Below, piece by piece: positions 31,910 to 36,140 of a DNA stretch of 36,140 nucleotides (the stretch's first letter is position 1; each line of letters opens with the position of its first letter). The DNA is from Bigelowiella natans CCMP2755 (Eukaryota > Protista > Cercozoa), in NCBI GenBank assembly GCA_000320545.1, contig ADNK01003352.1, positions 1 through 36,140 of the forward strand, in the 5' to 3' direction. The notes below the pieces were generated by a model. The model had not been told where the DNA came from. It saw nothing but the letters and a program-made list of their open reading frames with translations, and made no database searches. The position numbers and the translations under genes were made by a program.

Positions 31910-32810
31910 ACACACCACCAACCATTTATTTCCCTACTGCTGTCATGTTATAAGGAGTTATCGCTATCATTTCTACTACCTACTATTATTACACTACACC
32001 CCTCTCCTCCTCCATATTCATAATCGAAGGTCGGTCCCCTCCCATTAACTTGTTGCTGTCTTTGAAACTACCACTACAGGTTAAAATTGAGACGGATGGG
32101 ATGAGTTTGTCAATTGGGGTAAACATTAACTCGATTAAGTAATCGTCACTACACTGTTATTATGAGCTAGAAACAATCATCGTTATCATCATCGTCATCA
32201 TCATAAACTCGCCTAACTGAATAACTTTTATGCAATTCTCATCCATCAAAAGGTTGGTCCAAATAAGTTATTAGCTCGATTAGTTTCTTCAATCAACAAA
32301 CCTAACGTATGATGACGATGACGACGACGATGACAACAACAACAACAAAAGCTGTTCTTACTTACTTAGTGTTTATCTATGAGCTGCTACTGCCTCCTGA
32401 TCATCTCATAATCACCGAATACATTTACCACATTACTTAATCACTAATCAACGATACTAGTAGCAGGAGATGTAGTAGTAGTAGTAGTAGTAGTAGTAGT
32501 GATAGTATTAACGAATTATCAATCTAGCAGTTACTACTGACTTTAGGAGAAATTCGTAAATTTCCTATAAGTAGTATTAGCACTAGCAGAAGCAGTAGCT
32601 CATGTTTCAAACTCCTACTACTACTTATTATCTAGATTAATAGTATGATTGTCACGATCATTCAAATCTAAATAAATCAGGGGGTGACAGTTGTGCGGCC
32701 TGGTTTATCATACGTGAGAAATCTGTTGAAACACACAAAACTACTGACTGTACCAGGATTTATGGGGAAACTGGGGCGACAGGTGGTACTACTTGTCACG
32801 TCGCCCAATC

Positions 32811-32849
<39 letters not shown>

Positions 32850-33110
32850 TTGATGTAGAACACACACAGATGCACATATAATATATAATATAATATATAT
32901 ATATATATATATTTGGTGTTTCCTTTCTTTCAGATACTGGATACATTAAATTTGAGCTATGATGCTACTGTTGATTCTTTGAGTTGTTCCAAAAATCATA
33001 AGACTCTAATGGTGTTGTAGTAGTAGTAATTATCTATCTATATGTATTACTTAATATTATCTATAGAGTAACCAAACATCAACAGCGACCAGTGGCATAA
33101 TTTAGTAGTT

Positions 33111-33143
<33 letters not shown>

Positions 33144-33182
33144 TCCATATGTATGGTATGGCATCTGATTCGATGCGCTGGT

Positions 33183-33215
<33 letters not shown>

Positions 33216-35668
33216 AGTTGTAAGTTGTTTCTGAAACAAACACCCACTGAAAAACGTAGTGAAACAACACAGTTGTTTGTATGTGATGTGATGTATAACA
33301 TTTTATGTTGTCGTGATCATTGTCATCAATCGGCTACTCATCAATTCATTATCAATATGAGGAAGGATGATGTGTCTTTTCTGTGTTGAGGCTGCTGCTG
33401 CTGTGTAACTTCATCTTCACCCAAAATAGACGAGGATAAAACACATGCCATTATTTTGTATTAACAATGCATAACAAATAGGCCGCATTTGGGAAAGAGA
33501 AATCTAAATATATTCTTGAGAGAGCTAGGTATACATCAAAGGCCTTTCTTTAACATGCATAGATGATTGCGTATAAATACTGCATGAATTGACTACTACT
33601 ATTTGTTTCGTATTATTAGATACCTCCTACATACGTAAATGATGATAATGATGGAATAATTCATCGTACAAATACTACTGCATCAATTGACTACTAGTAG
33701 TAGTATACAACAACTACATATGTGTAGATGATGGAGCGTTAGCAACAACAATAATAGGGTCAAAATAAATCGCCTAATTCGTTTATTAAAGGAAGAAGTA
33801 GTATGATTATCACATTTGTTATTATTGCTTAAGTGGCGTATGATCAAACTGAGGTAATGACCTTTTAATCATCATCCATCATCCAAGGGGAATTGATCTG
33901 GGGAAGGTTATATCGAGAGGGCCGCCAAAAGTCATATAACACTACTACTATAAAACAACGACTATTACACTACTACTATAAAAAACGAACATATTCAGTT
34001 GCTACCAATATGTCGCGCACTATTTTTTTTTAAATCATAATTATAATATTGAAAGGTATAAACAACGAATATCACTACTACACTAAAGCTTATATTTACA
34101 CTTAATGGGATAGTTTTGCAGATTGACAACGACTTTCATTTCCCCTCCCTAGAGTGTGATTTCTGAGCGCTCCTTCCCGCCAACAACTGATATCACCAAA
34201 TTGAGAAGGTGGTGCAAATACTATGTATTCCTTACCACATTAAAAAAATATGAGAAGCATGATCCAATCAATTGTTTATTCCTTTCCACAATTAAAAAAA
34301 CAATGTGGTGATATCTAATGTATGCTATCTTCAAAATGTCGGACAACAACTAAATTTACTAGATACTCTTACTACTACTTTTACTGCTACTACTATTACT
34401 ACGAACAATTAGGATATGTTCACTTCTGTGCGACAATCTGTTGTCCAGGCTTGAGGAAGATATGCTTGAAAATCAACGACTACCTTCAAAATTTAACGTA
34501 AAATGGAGACTGGGGTACTACTACATAGTCTTCGTTTGTCTATAATTAGATAGCACAACTCACCCACTCGCACACTCGTATTCTGCTATCTGGTGCAACA
34601 ATAATACTATTTCATGATCAACGTAGTGATGATGGCATTTGTTTGCAATTGTTGCAGATATGGTGGTAATAATGCAGGCAATCATCCGGGGGCTACTGTA
34701 CTACTCTGTAGTACAGATAGCACTGGCTGCAGTTCTTTGATGTCACGTGGCACTAAAATGCCAGCTGTTGTGCATTCTCTACTTCTCTCTAGTTTTGAGG
34801 AGAACAATGCAAAAGTGGACATGAATAGCAGCAGTAGCATACAAAATCGTGCAACTACGTACCAGCAACGTAATGATATGTAGTAGTAGAATAATTATAG
34901 AATTGGATTGAACTAATTCTCCTGTTGCCTTCCTCATTGTTGTCGTAGTCATCATCGTTATCGCTGTAACTTTCGTATTCTGTTCGTCACTGAAGTTGAA
35001 AATTTTTATACAAAATCTGAACATAATTTTATTTCTAGAATTAATTTTTAAACTGTTATTTTGGTGTCGTATTTGACCCGTGTTTTAATCGAACAGGAAA
35101 GAGATTTACTCTTCTGTGCCAAGAATATTCTGTGAAAAATGTCCAGAAATTTCACAACATGCGATCGATAGCACAAAACTCCTTAGTAACTACTGCTTTG
35201 AAAATGTCTGAGAAACAACTACAGCTTCCTGGGTTGTCCTTTGAATTGCTTAATCTGCAGATTTCCTTTTGAAATGATCGTATGATCTATGAACAATTTG
35301 TTTTGAAATGTCATTTTTCCATTCGCAGTTACACCAGATTTGTAGTTGGTGCGGAGGAATTTCGGCCAGTCCAGAAGAACACAGTTCTTCACTATTTTGG
35401 TTGTGATCCGTCTTCACAAAGACCCTCCAGAGGAAAGAAGAGAAAAAAATCTGGAAAAAAAACCAGAGAACATTGGCCAGTGAAAGAAAGGAAACAGGTG
35501 AATTCACGAAATGCAGAGAACACTGAAATTAGATCACAAAACATTGACAAAGGGTGGCGAAGACCAACTCCTGTTCGCCAGCACAAAACATTAAGTGCAG
35601 TCGTTGATGCCAAAGAGGGGATGGAGTTGAACACAGAACTCATAGATGACTTTTTTGATCTCAATTGA
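28687..35668 (+). CDS. Y-family translesion DNA polymerase (Pol eta-like; IMS/UmuC domain), about 16 exons
   Basis: Exons 28687-28842 (IVFHIDVDSFYVEAERLRHPELKFKPVA), 29322-29505 (VRQFNSGGFVAVSYEARSKGI...EALRKCPGLVV), 29954-30036 (YYRFVSREI...IEK), 30163-30220 (SSYDDYYVEAT), 31143-31597, 32080-32118, 32253-32306 (VGPNKLLARLVSSINKPN), 32681-32782, 32934-33011, 33482-33528, 33888-33930 (RGID...GPPK), 34153-34208 (SVISERSF), 34413-34514, 34658-?, about 35093-35232, 35329-35668 (TGA). Junctions between 34658 and 35232 are unresolved. Confidence 0.9.
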
Positions 35669-35669
35669 A

Positions 35670-36047
35670 AGATTCAAATGCTTTGCAAACTGTCATTCGA
35701 GCACATTGTGGAGATTCCATGCACGTGGAGTTGTGTCCGTGGCAAATGGACACGGCAATGTGACATGCGGCCACATGGCATGCATGTTGCACACATGATC
35801 GGCACTTGCGTTGACGTGCCACTTTTGGCTTGCAATCAAAATACATGCATCTTGTCCAGAGAAGTTGTGTGTCATTGTGCACATGAGCGATCGGTCAACT
35901 AAAACAAAAGCGTTAGGCATCATCCATGTGTCACCAATGAACGAAATTGCACATGCGGAGCTTTCGCTGTTTCGACAAAAATTGGTCCAAATGACAAAGA
36001 AAAATGGTTCCGTCAACGTGGCAATGTGCGTGCGTAACAATCATTGC
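35670..36047. mobile_element. CATG-rich decayed island 3 (subtelomeric; putative element relic)
   Basis: About 10 CATG in about 350 bp, microsatellite-free, with the same composition as islands 1 and 2. Runs directly into the telomere. Confidence 0.4.
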
Positions 36048-36048
36048 A

Positions 36049-36140
36049 GGGTTAGGGTTAGGGTTAGGGTTAGGGTTAGGGTTAGGGTTAGGGTTAGGGT
36101 TAGGGTTAGGGTTAGGGTTAGGGTTAGGGTAGGGTTAGGG
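36049..36140 (+). repeat. Telomeric repeat (TTAGGG)n, right chromosome end
   Basis: About 15 tandem GGGTTA units run to the end of the sequence with the G-rich strand 5'->3' toward the end. One variant unit (TAGGG) occurs near 36130. Confidence 0.98.

Overview
This is the right-hand end of a chromosome from an AT-rich, very intron-dense, microsatellite-rich eukaryote. It is probably an alga or protist; the overall style would fit a chlorarachniophyte-like genome, but that is only a guess. The window ends in a (TTAGGG)n telomere. Most ORFs in the supplied track are microsatellite artefacts. Splicing by hand at GT-AG sites gives five phase-consistent multi-exon genes: (1) an M14 zinc carboxypeptidase (+, 5' end outside the window); (2) a BAR-PH-ArfGAP-ankyrin (ACAP-type) protein (-) with unexplained extra upstream exons; (3) a Spinster-like MFS transporter (+); (4) a bacterial-type phosphopantetheine adenylyltransferase CoaD with an N-terminal membrane anchor and 14 introns (-); (5) a Pol eta-like Y-family DNA polymerase with an SYDD catalytic motif (+), ending about 380 bp from the telomere. 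Three patterns are not explained by these genes. First, three GC-richer, microsatellite-poor, CATG/TGCA-saturated islands sit at every gene 3'-end junction and at neither head-to-head junction; they look like cytosine-deamination-decayed element relics. Second, many short tandem duplications have periods clustered at 41-45 bp. Third, complementary microsatellite pairs occur inside single introns. All exon coordinates and motif counts were done by eye, and family assignments rest on remembered motifs, not database searches.
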